A stretch of DNA of 64,000 nucleotides from Vulcanimicrobiota bacterium (GCA_050250895.1 JBFWNU010000004.1:430934-494933); one strand, 5' to 3'. Counted from the stretch's first letter, positions 35,760 through 46,000 are shown. The notes: generated by a model from the sequence alone, not told the origin. A program made the numbers and translations.

Positions 35760-37513
35760 TGGTCCCTGTCTACGCCCCCGAAATAGTAACTTTGCTCGAT
35801 GGGATGCTGGCCCTGATCGAAGGTCGCGCGAGCGCACAACAGTGCCGACAGCACCTGCAAGCCGCCCGAGAGTGTCAAAAGGTCGCGCGCTATCGAGCCC
35901 ACGAGCAAGCGGCGGCCGTCTTCGACCAGCCCGAACTGGTGGCCATGTGCCGAGAGCGGGATGAGCTGCTGCAAGCACGACAGCAAACGCTCGACGACAT
36001 CGAAGGGGCTTTGACCAGCCCGGACCGTTTGGTCGACCTGGGCCGCCGCCTGCAGGAACTGTCGTTCCAGGCGGCCCAGCTGGGCCGCTCTATCGAAGAA
36101 GCGCGTCCCGTTCCCACCAAGCTCCCGCTGCTGCAGCGCTGGCTGGCGGTCGCTCGGGCCGTGGTTGCCGAGCAGGCCTCGCCCAGTCTGCTGGCCGCCC
36201 AGGTGTCTCAACTGATGGAACTCTATCACCTCACCGAGAAGAAGGGCCAGCAGTTCGAAGAGTGTTACCCGGGCCGCACCACCGGGTTGGCCGAGGGGCT
36301 GGAGGATTTTCGCCAGGGCATGGGGGCCCTGGCCCACTATCTCGAAGCCTCGGGCCGCCCCCAGAGTCTGGTCGATAGCCTCGCTTTGCTACAATCGGCT
36401 CACGACCGCCTGTGGAAGGGCCTGCTCTTGATGGAGCAGACGCGCGAACGCGAAGGGTTTTCGCCGGTTCCCCTGCTGGATGCCTTCGTCACCTGCGCTC
36501 GCAAGGCCGTGGCTGGTCAGCGACCGATGTCTGAGTTGGCGAGTGCTCTCCAGGCCGTGGCCGGCTTTGTGGCCAGCCAGCGCCAGGACGGAGAGCGCGT
36601 GCTGACAGAGGGCTTTCCTGGCCGCCACCTGGTCGAGGCGTGGCGTAGTTCGGTGGACCCGGCGCTCGAGCAGGCAGAAAGGCTGATAGCGGCCCTCCGG
36701 GACGAGCCCGAGGCCGGTCTAAAGAAAGCTGAACGCCGGCTGACCGAGGCCTTTCGGGCCGTGCAAGCGGCGGTCCGCAAGAAGGAAGCCTGGCAAAAAG
36801 CTACCCCCCGCAACCTCGAGGCCGAGCCGAGCTGGCAAGACCTCAGAGCGGCGGTGGAAGGCTGGTGCCTCGGCGTGGTGCCGCGTTCCGCCTTGCTGGT
36901 TTGCCTCGAGCAGGCGCGCTCTCAGGCTCAGCGGCTCGAGGTTGAGCTGACCTCAGCTCCCGAACTCGAGCGGGGGGCGCTGGAGGCGGCTCTGGCCAAT
37001 CCCAAGCGGGCCTTTGCTGACATCGACGCCGCCATCCAAGCGGGCGACAAAGTCCGGCTAGCCGAGGCGCTGGCCCTGCTCGAGGACAGCTTCGACCGCT
37101 GGCTGTGGTGCAAGGACAGTTTGGTGCGTTGGGGCCGAGAAGCCACCCCCGAGCCCGAGAATTTGCTGGAACTCGTCGAGCAAGCCCGTAGCCGTCACCA
37201 GGACCTGGCCGGCTTGCGACCAACCCTTGAACTGTGCCAGCGAGTGACCTGGCTGGCTTCGCAGCGACTGGCCGAGTGGAGCAGCGCCTGTCAGCGGCCG
37301 CTGGCCGAGGACGAGGATCTGGCCGAACTCAAAGAGGGCTTTGCGGGCGACCTCTGGCAACTCGAATCGTTGTTAGAGCAGCTGTTGAGCCGGCCTGCCA
37401 GCACCCCGGCCGGTCAACTGGCCCCCCAACTCGACCGTCTGAGCGCGGTTCTGGCCGAGATCACCGAACGTCAGAGCGTCATCGAGTCGATCGCCGAGAT
37501 GGAGAACGAATAG
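35759..37513 (+). CDS. Hypothetical all-helical protein
   Basis: ATG overlaps the kinase stop (TGATG). The 35222 start in the ORF track is an over-extension. Confidence 0.7.
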   Translation: MVPVYAPEIVTLLDGMLALIEGRASAQQCRQHLQAARECQKVARYRAHEQAAAVFDQPELVAMCRERDELLQARQQTLDDIEGALTSPDRLVDLGRRLQELSFQAAQLGRSIEEARPVPTKLPLLQRWLAVARAVVAEQASPSLLAAQVSQLMELYHLTEKKGQQFEECYPGRTTGLAEGLEDFRQGMGALAHYLEASGRPQSLVDSLALLQSAHDRLWKGLLLMEQTREREGFSPVPLLDAFVTCARKAVAGQRPMSELASALQAVAGFVASQRQDGERVLTEGFPGRHLVEAWRSSVDPALEQAERLIAALRDEPEAGLKKAERRLTEAFRAVQAAVRKKEAWQKATPRNLEAEPSWQDLRAAVEGWCLGVVPRSALLVCLEQARSQAQRLEVELTSAPELERGALEAALANPKRAFADIDAAIQAGDKVRLAEALALLEDSFDRWLWCKDSLVRWGREATPEPENLLELVEQARSRHQDLAGLRPTLELCQRVTWLASQRLAEWSSACQRPLAEDEDLAELKEGFAGDLWQLESLLEQLLSRPASTPAGQLAPQLDRLSAVLAEITERQSVIESIAEMENE

Positions 37514-39057
37514 AGGTCTCCGAACGAGGCCACCAGCAACTGCGACCCTGCCAGGGTTGGTTGGCCCAGCACCTTGAATCCTGTCTCGAAGCCCGCCAAT
37601 AGGCTGCCGTCGTCGATCGAAAAGAGATAGATGCGGTGGTCGCGCGAGCCTACGATGACCGCCCGACGAACCGGGTCATAGGTGAACCCGCCTACCAGGG
37701 CGCCGGCCGTGGCCGCCACCCAGGCCACCCGTCCGGTCTGTCTTTCGAGCGCGATCACGCGCTCGGAGTGCCCGCCCGCGATCACCAGTCCTTCGGCCAC
37801 GAGCGGCGTATTGTAGAGGTGGTGCGAGAGGCGCCGCTTCCACAAGAGCCGGCCGGTCCCAGCCCCGACAGCGTAGAGATGTCCGTCAAACGAGCCGAAA
37901 TAGCAGACCTCCCCGGCGATCACCGGCTGGGCCTTGATGGCTCCTTCGGTTTCAAACTGCCACGCCAGTCGCCCGCTCTGGGCTTCGACCGCCCGCAGGA
38001 CCCCATCGTTAGCACCCACATAGACGGTGCCTCCTTCGACCCAGGGCGACGAGTGGATGTAGTCGCGGGCGTTCACCTCCCAGCAGCGTTGGCCGCTGGA
38101 GGCATCCAGGGCCAGCAGACTGCCGCCCGCCTGGCCGAACTCGATGCCCACGAAGAGACGGTCGAGACCCTCATGAACGGCGGCCGAAGAGCCGATCCAT
38201 TGACCCGGCCGGGTCTCCCAAACTAGCTCTCCCGAATTCGCCTCGACACAGTAGAGATAGCCGTCATAGGCTCCCGCGTAGACTCGTCCGCGATGAACCA
38301 GCGGAGTGGCGTGAATGCCGCGGATTTGATCACGCACAGCATAGCGCCAGCGCTCCTGGCCGTGACGATCCAGGCACAGCAAAAAACCGCGATCGCTACC
38401 CACGAAGACCGACTCGTCAGCCACCACCGGGGCCGACTTGGGAGCCGGGTATTCGCCCGCATTGAGGCCCTCGAAGGTCCACGCCAGGCTGAGCTTTTGC
38501 TCGGGCTCGCGCTGGGCCACGCCCAGCCCCGCCAGAGTGAACAGACTCTCGACGGCGATGCCGCGTTCGCGCAACCAGACGGCCCCGGAGCGCTCGTAGT
38601 CGACCATCACCCCCACCGCCAGAATCTCGCAATCGTAGGGCCGCAAAGCGCTGATCGCCTGACGCTGGGTGTCGCCCGAATTGACCAGGTCGTCGACCAG
38701 CACCACCCGCGAGCCAGGCTTGGGTTGAGGACCTTCGACCTGACGGCGCAGTCCGTTCTCTTTGGGGGTGCGGCGAATGATCAACGCGTCGAGGGGATAG
38801 CCGTCTCGGCGACTCTCATACAGAATGCCCACCGTCAGCGGATTGGCCGCCAGGGTCAGCCCGCCCACATAGTCAGGCTCATAGACCTTGAGCCGATCCC
38901 ACAGGGCCCGGCAGGTCTGCTGCAGGTAGTCGCCCTGCAGCAAGAGTTCGCGACAATCGAGCATCCAGGCGTACGGCTCACCGTTGCGCCCGACACCCTC
39001 GCCAAATTTCAGGGCAATGTCGAGCACACCGGCTCGAAGTTGAGCCAGCTCAGCCAT
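37471..39057 (-). CDS. Orotate-PRTase-like domain fused to a PQQ-repeat beta-propeller
   Basis: VVLVDDLVNSG PRPP loop and IRRTPKENG. Repeats such as VYAGAYDGYLYCVEANSGELVW. Confidence 0.8.
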   Translation of the reverse strand: MAELAQLRAGVLDIALKFGEGVGRNGEPYAWMLDCRELLLQGDYLQQTCRALWDRLKVYEPDYVGGLTLAANPLTVGILYESRRDGYPLDALIIRRTPKENGLRRQVEGPQPKPGSRVVLVDDLVNSGDTQRQAISALRPYDCEILAVGVMVDYERSGAVWLRERGIAVESLFTLAGLGVAQREPEQKLSLAWTFEGLNAGEYPAPKSAPVVADESVFVGSDRGFLLCLDRHGQERWRYAVRDQIRGIHATPLVHRGRVYAGAYDGYLYCVEANSGELVWETRPGQWIGSSAAVHEGLDRLFVGIEFGQAGGSLLALDASSGQRCWEVNARDYIHSSPWVEGGTVYVGANDGVLRAVEAQSGRLAWQFETEGAIKAQPVIAGEVCYFGSFDGHLYAVGAGTGRLLWKRRLSHHLYNTPLVAEGLVIAGGHSERVIALERQTGRVAWVAATAGALVGGFTYDPVRRAVIVGSRDHRIYLFSIDDGSLLAGFETGFKVLGQPTLAGSQLLVASFGDLYSFSISAIDSMTL

Positions 39058-39757
39058 CGAGCAGCTCCGGCACCAGCTCTTCGGCCTTGCCCTGGAAATA
39101 CTGGTCGAATTTGCCGCCAGGTTCAAGATTGATGTTGATGGTCCAGGCTCCGGCATAGGCGGCCCACTCGACAAAGCGCGCGGCCGGGTCGACCGTGCCC
39201 GAGGTACCGATGGATAGGAACAGGTCCACCTCGCGGAAGGCCCGCTTGGAAAGCCACTCGGCCCTGGCTGGCAGGGCTTCGCCGAAAAGCACGATGTCGG
39301 GGCGCAGCACCGCACCGCAAAGTTGGCAGGCCAGGACGGCCTCGAGGTGCTCGGCCTGGTCGACAAACGGCTCGAGCTGGCAATCGGGATTAGAGCATCG
39401 AGTTCGGGCCAGATTGCCGTGCAGCTCGATCACTTCGGGGCTGCCTGCCCGCTGATGCAGGCCGTCGACGTTCTGGGTGATGAGGGTCACGCCGGGATGG
39501 CGCCGCTGGAGGCGGGCCAGGGCCAGGTGGGCGGCATTGGGTTGGGCCTGGCGAGCCATGGTGCGCAGGGGCCCGAACAGTCGCCAGACGGCCTGGGGGT
39601 CGCGGCCCAGGGTCTCGACGGTGGCCAGGTCGGCTGTCTCGGGCTGCTTCCAAAGGCCATCCGCGCCACGATAGGTGGGCAGCTGCGAGCCGGCCGACAC
39701 CCCTGCCCCGGTGAGAACCACGATGGATGGATAGCAGTCGAGTTGGAGCGGCGGCAC
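39050..39757 (-). CDS. cobB: NAD-dependent deacylase (sirtuin)
   Basis: LTGAGVSAGS, TQNVDGLHQRAG, ELHG, Zn-binding Cys pairs, RPDIVLFGE, IGTSG. Confidence 0.9.
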   Translation of the reverse strand: MPPLQLDCYPSIVVLTGAGVSAGSQLPTYRGADGLWKQPETADLATVETLGRDPQAVWRLFGPLRTMARQAQPNAAHLALARLQRRHPGVTLITQNVDGLHQRAGSPEVIELHGNLARTRCSNPDCQLEPFVDQAEHLEAVLACQLCGAVLRPDIVLFGEALPARAEWLSKRAFREVDLFLSIGTSGTVDPAARFVEWAAYAGAWTININLEPGGKFDQYFQGKAEELVPELLDG

Positions 39758-39759
39758 GT

Positions 39760-40182
39760 TCAGGCAGGCACCGCTTCGACGTTGCCCAGAGGCTGGGGAC
39801 CGTTGGCCTTGACAACCGTGACCGGACAGTGGGCTGCCCTGACCACCGTCTCGGCCACGCTGCCAAAGACGGTGCGGGCCAGACCCGTGCGCCCATGGGA
39901 ACAGATCACAATCAGGTCAGAGTCTTCTTCGAGGGCTGCGGCCACGATCTCGGGGGCCGGCTCACCCACCCGGACGGCGCCGCGCACGGCCAATCGGTGA
40001 AACTCGAGTCGATGGCGCAGCCCCTCGAGATACTCCACCTGGCGTTGCATACCGGCCTTGTCGGCGCACACGCTCACCAGGGTCAGCTGAGAACCGCAAA
40101 AGCGGGACAGTTCAGCAGCGTGCAGGGCTGCCTGCTCGGCCAACGGCGAACCGTCCAACGGAACCAGGATCTTGGCATACAC
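39760..40182 (-). CDS. Universal stress protein
   Basis: ILVPLDGS, DLIVICSHGRTG...FGSVAE.VVR.A.CPV. Confidence 0.9.
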   Translation of the reverse strand: MYAKILVPLDGSPLAEQAALHAAELSRFCGSQLTLVSVCADKAGMQRQVEYLEGLRHRLEFHRLAVRGAVRVGEPAPEIVAAALEEDSDLIVICSHGRTGLARTVFGSVAETVVRAAHCPVTVVKANGPQPLGNVEAVPA

Positions 40183-40224
40183 GGGTCGAGTTTTGGCGGG
40201 GCAGGGGCCGTCTCCTGCCGCCGT

Positions 40225-41811
40225 TTAGCTCGAACGAACCTCGTACACGTCGACCTCTTGGGAACGGCCTTTGACGGCATGACTGCCCCGGTGCAGGAAT
40301 TCGAGGCCGGGCAAATGAGGCCGGGCGGCGTCCATCGTAGCCTGGCTGACCAGCAGCTTCGAGCCGAGATTTTTGTTGAGGCCCATGATGCGCGAGGCCA
40401 GGTTGACCGAGTCGCCCACGGCCGCATATTCGAACCGCTCCATCGAACCCACGTGGCCGACCACCACCTCGCCCGTGTGAACCCCCACTTTGACGTCGTA
40501 GAAACCGGCTTCCAGACTGGACTCCTGAGCGGCCAGCTGACTGAGGCGCTCGACGATGCCGATGGCCGTGCGCACAGCCATTACCGCGTGATCGTCGGAC
40601 TCGTTGGGAGCCCCGAACAAAACCAACACCTCGTCCCCGGCGAACTGTTTGATCATACCGCGGTGATGAAAGATGACTTCGTTCACCTCAGAGAAGTAAC
40701 GGTTGAGCATCTCGATGATCTGTCCCGGAGAGAACTTCTCGCAAGTGCTCGAGAAGTTGTTGATGTCGGCCAGCAAGATGGTCACCTGCATCCGCTTGCC
40801 ACCCAGTTCGAGCACTGGCTCCTTGAGCAACTCCTCCATGACCTCGCGCGAGACCAGCCGTCCGAACAGGTCTTGCACTTGCTGTCGGGCCTGTTCGGCC
40901 CGGTGCTGCTCGGTGCGGTCCTCAAGGATGAGCGTGGCTCCGGTGGTATCCGAGCCGGGCTCACGCAAAGGCGAGACCGAAACCTCGAGATAAACCTGCC
41001 CGCGCCCGACCAGAGGAAAGTTGACCTCGCGTCGAACCAGGCTCTCGCGCTGCTGGAGGATGGGACGGATCATGCTCAGCAGCAACTCGGCGGGCTCGGC
41101 GGGCAACAGCTCGCGAAAGGGCCGGCCCCGGGCCTCGGCCGAGGGCAAATTAAGAATCTGCTGAGCCGCCCGGTTGATGGTGGTCACGTTCAAGTCGGGG
41201 TCGACCGCCAGAATGCCGCTATGAACAGAGTGCAGGATGGCCCACTGGTAGTTCTTCATCACCAGATTCTGCATCATCTTGGCCTTGAGATCGGCGAACA
41301 AACGAGCGTTCTCCAGCGCCAGAGCAGCCACGTTGGCGATCGCCGAGAGTGTGTCGAGAGCCTCATAATCAAAGTTCGAGTGGGATACCAGACTGTCGAC
41401 GTAGATTACACCCGTCAACTGGTCGCGATAGATCAACGGCACGCACATCACCGAGCGGATGCCGTAGAGCTGGACACTGCGACTGGCGGCGAAGCGGTCG
41501 TCCGAGCCCGCATCGATGGTCAGCTGCGGCTGGTGATCCTTGAGCACCTCGCGCACCACCGAGCGGCTCACTTTGAATTCTTCGCTCTCGATGGTCTGCT
41601 GCTCGAGGTTGCGAGCGGCTTTGCACTGCAGACCCAACTCGTCATCATCGCTGGCTTCATCGAGCATCAGCAAAAACCCGCGCTCGGCCCCCGTGTAGGT
41701 GATGACCTGGTCCATGACGCGCCCGAACACCGACTCGAGTTCGAGCGTCGAGTTGATCTCTTGACCGATGCGATAGAGCAGTTCGAACCTGTCTTGTTCT
41801 GCCTCAGCCAT
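40225..41811 (-). CDS. Class III adenylate cyclase with GAF and PAS domains
   Basis: LADINNFS, KQFAGDEV, GVHTG, VGDSVNLASRI, KGR. Confidence 0.9.
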   Translation of the reverse strand: MAEAEQDRFELLYRIGQEINSTLELESVFGRVMDQVITYTGAERGFLLMLDEASDDDELGLQCKAARNLEQQTIESEEFKVSRSVVREVLKDHQPQLTIDAGSDDRFAASRSVQLYGIRSVMCVPLIYRDQLTGVIYVDSLVSHSNFDYEALDTLSAIANVAALALENARLFADLKAKMMQNLVMKNYQWAILHSVHSGILAVDPDLNVTTINRAAQQILNLPSAEARGRPFRELLPAEPAELLLSMIRPILQQRESLVRREVNFPLVGRGQVYLEVSVSPLREPGSDTTGATLILEDRTEQHRAEQARQQVQDLFGRLVSREVMEELLKEPVLELGGKRMQVTILLADINNFSSTCEKFSPGQIIEMLNRYFSEVNEVIFHHRGMIKQFAGDEVLVLFGAPNESDDHAVMAVRTAIGIVERLSQLAAQESSLEAGFYDVKVGVHTGEVVVGHVGSMERFEYAAVGDSVNLASRIMGLNKNLGSKLLVSQATMDAARPHLPGLEFLHRGSHAVKGRSQEVDVYEVRSS

Positions 41812-41925
41812 GCAAAACGGCAGTTCGGCGCGCCCCGCGGCCGACCTCCCCTGACGAGCTGTTAACCTGGGGGCACTCGACCTGCGGTCGCGCAGGCGTC
41901 AAGTTAGCGGCGGAGGTCCAATTCG

Positions 41926-42327
41926 ATGCAGATTCACAGCCTTTCCAGGCCTTATACACCCACGCTCCGCCAGCAGCCCGCCTGTGGTTGCCAGCAGCAA
42001 CCCGAAGCCCAGGACTCGGTCAGTCTGGGCCAGCGTCCTGAGCCCCTGACCTATGTGCCCACCACCGCCGGCACTTTCGCCATGCTGGGTCTGGTGGCCG
42101 GCCCGGCCACTCTGGGGGGCGTGCTCAGCGGCACACCGGCCGGAGCCGCCGCCGGAGCCCTGATCGGTCTCGGGGCCGCCTTCGCGGCCGGCCACTTCAT
42201 GGACAAAGAAGCCGAGGCCACCTATCGCGACAGCGGTCAGGCCAGCCTCTGGATGCGCCCGGCCTTTACCACCGAAGACATCACGGGAATGCCGCCGACC
42301 GCCATCGGCGTTCGCGGTCTGGCTTAG
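41926..42327 (+). CDS. Hypothetical small membrane-associated protein
   Basis: GGAGG RBS. MQIHSLSRP...QDSVSLG N-terminus and a Gly-zipper-like hydrophobic core. Confidence 0.6.
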   Translation: MQIHSLSRPYTPTLRQQPACGCQQQPEAQDSVSLGQRPEPLTYVPTTAGTFAMLGLVAGPATLGGVLSGTPAGAAAGALIGLGAAFAAGHFMDKEAEATYRDSGQASLWMRPAFTTEDITGMPPTAIGVRGLA

Positions 42328-42812
42328 CCGTTGTAGGCTCGACGCAGCTCGGTCAGGTCGAGCTTGACCATTGCGAGCAAAGCCTTCATCACTCTGGTGG
42401 CTCGCTCGCGGTCGGGGTCTTTGAGCATTTGCCCTAGTTCGACCGGTACGATCTGCCAGCAGAATCCGAAGGGGTCAGTGATCCAGCCGCACTGCTGGAC
42501 CTGGCCGCCGTGCTCGAGAATGGTGTCCCACATTCGGTCGACCTCGGCCTGGTTCTCGCAACTGACGAAAAACGACGTGGCCGGGCTCGGCCTGTAGTGC
42601 GGCCCCCCGTTAAGGGCCATGAAGGTCTGCCCGGCCAGACGAAACTCGACCGTGAGCACCTCGCCCTCAGGGCGCGGCCCGGCCTCGCCGTAGTAGCTGA
42701 TATTGAGGATCTCCGAATCGTCGAAAAGGCTACAATAAAAGCGCGCCGCCTTCTCTCCGTCCTGGTCGAACCACAAACAGGGTGTGATCTTGTCTAACGT
42801 GATGGTTGCCAT
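42324..42812 (-). CDS. VOC-family protein (PhnB/3-demethylubiquinone methyltransferase-like)
   Basis: ITPCLWFD, ALNGGP, CGWITDPFGFCWQIVP. Confidence 0.9.
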   Translation of the reverse strand: MATITLDKITPCLWFDQDGEKAARFYCSLFDDSEILNISYYGEAGPRPEGEVLTVEFRLAGQTFMALNGGPHYRPSPATSFFVSCENQAEVDRMWDTILEHGGQVQQCGWITDPFGFCWQIVPVELGQMLKDPDRERATRVMKALLAMVKLDLTELRRAYNG

Positions 42813-43125
42813 GCTGGCTCCTTTCTCGGCGGCCCGAAACCGCCTTCCCATGAATTGGTCGAACGGCTGGCCTGGCGATCGACCGGGGGGTGCGGGTTGG
42901 GTGAAACCTCCTAGACGCCGACTCCGCCTCAGCCACAGCCATCTGAAACCAATTTAGGAATAACGATCGAGAGTCAACGCCGCCAGCCACACTACCCCCT
43001 CCGCAACCTCTGCGCATCTCTGTGGATCTCTGCGTTAAAATCCAGCCACGCCCACTGCGCGGGTTCATCCTGACGCTGGCGGAAGGGGGGAGGCGTTAGG
43101 GTTGGAGCGAAGACCTGACCACCCT

Positions 43126-45630
43126 ATGGACAGACCTCGGTTTTTGAGCCTCAATATCAAGCTGGCTCTGGCGATGATCCCGCTGATCATCGTGTTCATG
43201 GGCTTTTCGTTCTCCGTGGTGCTCAAGCACGAGCGCGACATCCTGCGGGCCGAAACCGAGAAGCGCGCCACTTCGCTGGCTTCGGGGTTGGCCATCCTTT
43301 CGGCCGAGGCCCTGCGCACCTTCAACGATGACCAGCTCGTCGACAACGTCGACCAGTTCTCGCGACTCAAAGGGGTCGCTTATGCCAAGGTCGAGGCTCC
43401 CAACGGTGTCTCGGCCTTTAACTCACTGGGCGGTATCAACGAGAACGACCTGCCCGAAGCCAGAGACGATGGGGTTCGCTATGTCACCGTCAACGGTGAG
43501 CAGCTGCTCGAAGTGACCCGCCCTATCCAGATCAAGTCCAAGCGACTGGGGAGCATCCGCATCGGCATTTCGCTCGAGGGGTTAGAGAAGGCTCTGCAAC
43601 AGTCGGCCCGCTACCTGTTCGGGCTGACCCTGATGCTGCTGGCCGGCGCCACCATCTTTGCAGCTCTCTTGGCGCGTTGGTTCACACGGCCGCTGCTGCG
43701 GTTGGCCCGGGTGGCTCGCGAGGTGGCCCGAGGCAATCTGGCCAGCCGGGCTCCCACCTCGTCGAGTGACGAACTGGGCGTGCTGGGCTCGGCCCTCAAT
43801 CACATGTCGTTGCGCCTCGAGCACATGATCGCCCAAGAGAAGACGGCCCGCCAGCGCTTGCAAGAGCGAGTGCACAACCTGCTCGAGTTCGCCGGTCGGG
43901 TCCAAGATGGCGATCTCACCGGCCAGGCGCCGCCCGGCGAAGACGACGACATGGGCCGGCTCATCATGGCCGTCAATGTGATGGTCCGACATCTGCGCCT
44001 GATTCTCGAAGAAGAGCGCTCGATGCGCGACAATCTCGAGCGTTCGCGAGCCGAACTCGAGGCAGCCAACGACAAGCTCAAGGAACTCGACCAGATGAAG
44101 AGCGAGTTTCTCAACACCGTGAGCCATGAGTTGCGCACTCCGCTCACCTCGATCAAGGCTTTTGCCGAGATCTTGCTCGACAACGTGGGTGAGGATGTCG
44201 ACACCCAGACCGAGTTCCTGGAGATCATCAACAAAGAGTCCGACCGCCTGACCCGCCTGATCAACAACCTGCTGGATCTCTCGAGGATCGAAGCCGGCCG
44301 CATGAAGTGGGATATGGAGCCGGTCGACGTGCACGAGGTGGTGAGCACGGCCGTCATGTCGTTGCGGGGCGCGGCCGAGAAGAAGGGCTTGATCTTCGAA
44401 TCGATGGCTGCCGAGAATCTGCCCACCACCGGTGATCGCGACAAGCTGATCCAGGTCGTGACCAACCTGTTGGGCAATGCCATCAAGTTCACCTCCGAGG
44501 GTGGGCGGGTCCGCATCGACGCTCAGCGGGTCGGCGACGAGATCGAGGTGGGCGTGCAGGACTCTGGCTGCGGCATCGACCCCGAGCATCACAACTCGAT
44601 CTTCGAGAAATTTAGCCAGGTAGACACCTCCGAGACCCGCGACATCAAAGGCTCCGGACTTGGTCTGCCCATCGCCCGCAGCATCGTCGAGCACCATCAC
44701 GGTAGGGTCTGGGTCGAGAGCGAGTTGGGCAAAGGCGCCCGCTTCATCGTGCGCCTGCCCGTGACCGAAGAGAGCAAGCCCCCGGGGTTTGCCCTTCCGC
44801 GGAACCGCCTGGCCGACTGGAGCCAGGGGAAGCGGGTACTGGTGGTCGACGACGAGCCGAACATCCGGCGCTTCTTGCGACACGTCCTCGAAGGCGAGGG
44901 CTTCCAGGTGGCTGAAGCGCGCAACGGGGCCGAGGCCGTCAGGATGGCCCAGGTCGACAAGCCCGAGTTGGTCTTGCTCGATCTGGTGCTGCCCGACGTC
45001 AATGGCTTCGAGGTGCTGACCGAGCTCAAACAGAGCGAAGAGACCCGGGGGATCCCGGTCATTATCCTCTCGATTATCGCCGACGAAGAGCGCTGCTACC
45101 GCCTGGGCGCCAGCGACTATCTACCCAAGCCCATCAATCGCGAGAAGCTGGTCGACCGCGTCGAGCGCATTCTGTTCCAGCGAACCGAGGGCCGCGATAT
45201 CCTGGCCGTCGATGATGACGACAGCGTACTCAGGGCCTTGCAGACCATTCTGGCCGGGGCGGGTTACACGGTGCGCATCGCCCGCAACGGCGAATCAGCC
45301 ATCGAGCAAGCCCTCGAGAACCCGCCGGCACTGGTCTTGCTCGATCTCATGATGCCGGGAATGACAGGCCACGAGGTGCTGCTCAAGCTCAAACAGACGC
45401 CGCGGACCGCCAGTGTGCCCGTAGTCATTCTCACGGCGGCTGAACCCGACGAGCGGATCCGGGCTCTGCGGGCCGGCGCTGAGAGCCTCATGACCAAGCC
45501 GTTCTCCGAGAAAGAGCTGGCCCGGCTGGTTCGCGAGACTTTGGCCGAGGTAGCCCTGGAACCAGGGGACTCCCCGGCTGACCGAGAAAGGGAGGCCGAG
45601 CTTCCCGACCCTGAAGAGAAAGGCGAGTAG
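43126..45630 (+). CDS. Hybrid sensor histidine kinase (2 TM, HAMPs, HisKA, HATPase, 2 REC)
   Basis: VSHELRTPL, NLLGNAIKF, DSGCGI, GSGLGL, two receiver domains. Confidence 0.92.
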   Translation: MDRPRFLSLNIKLALAMIPLIIVFMGFSFSVVLKHERDILRAETEKRATSLASGLAILSAEALRTFNDDQLVDNVDQFSRLKGVAYAKVEAPNGVSAFNSLGGINENDLPEARDDGVRYVTVNGEQLLEVTRPIQIKSKRLGSIRIGISLEGLEKALQQSARYLFGLTLMLLAGATIFAALLARWFTRPLLRLARVAREVARGNLASRAPTSSSDELGVLGSALNHMSLRLEHMIAQEKTARQRLQERVHNLLEFAGRVQDGDLTGQAPPGEDDDMGRLIMAVNVMVRHLRLILEEERSMRDNLERSRAELEAANDKLKELDQMKSEFLNTVSHELRTPLTSIKAFAEILLDNVGEDVDTQTEFLEIINKESDRLTRLINNLLDLSRIEAGRMKWDMEPVDVHEVVSTAVMSLRGAAEKKGLIFESMAAENLPTTGDRDKLIQVVTNLLGNAIKFTSEGGRVRIDAQRVGDEIEVGVQDSGCGIDPEHHNSIFEKFSQVDTSETRDIKGSGLGLPIARSIVEHHHGRVWVESELGKGARFIVRLPVTEESKPPGFALPRNRLADWSQGKRVLVVDDEPNIRRFLRHVLEGEGFQVAEARNGAEAVRMAQVDKPELVLLDLVLPDVNGFEVLTELKQSEETRGIPVIILSIIADEERCYRLGASDYLPKPINREKLVDRVERILFQRTEGRDILAVDDDDSVLRALQTILAGAGYTVRIARNGESAIEQALENPPALVLLDLMMPGMTGHEVLLKLKQTPRTASVPVVILTAAEPDERIRALRAGAESLMTKPFSEKELARLVRETLAEVALEPGDSPADREREAELPDPEEKGE

Positions 45631-45999
45631 ATGCCCAAGACGATCGTCATAGCCGATGATGAGCCTTACGTGCTTCGCTCGTTGGAATTCATCCTGAAGA
45701 AAGAGGGCTATCGGGTCGTGACCGCCACCAACGGGCAGGATGCTTACGATCGGGTCAACGCCGAGAATCCCGATCTGGTCTTTCTCGACATCCAGATGCC
45801 CCAGATGGATGGCAATGCCGTCTGCCAGAAGTTGCGCGAGGATCCGGCCAAGAAAGACCTCTACATCGTGATGATCACGGCCAAGGGCCAAGAAGCCGAC
45901 CGCATTCACAGCCTCGAGATGGGCGCCAACGAATACATCACGAAGCCCTTCTCGCCACGCAAACTGGTGGGCCGAGTCAAAGAGATCCTGGGAGAGTAG
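45631..45999 (+). CDS. Single-domain response regulator
   Basis: IADDE, FLDIQMPQMDG, TAKG, KPFS. Confidence 0.9.
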   Translation: MPKTIVIADDEPYVLRSLEFILKKEGYRVVTATNGQDAYDRVNAENPDLVFLDIQMPQMDGNAVCQKLREDPAKKDLYIVMITAKGQEADRIHSLEMGANEYITKPFSPRKLVGRVKEILGE

Positions 46000-46000
46000 A

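Noticed and set aside
39727-41865. 712-aa plus-strand ORF
   Set aside because: Antisense shadow of the adenylate cyclase and USP genes, typical of high-GC DNA.
43007-43040. CTCTGCG/CTCTGTG short iterations in intergenic DNA
   Set aside because: Resembles a REP-like remnant but occurs once in the window, which is too little to call.
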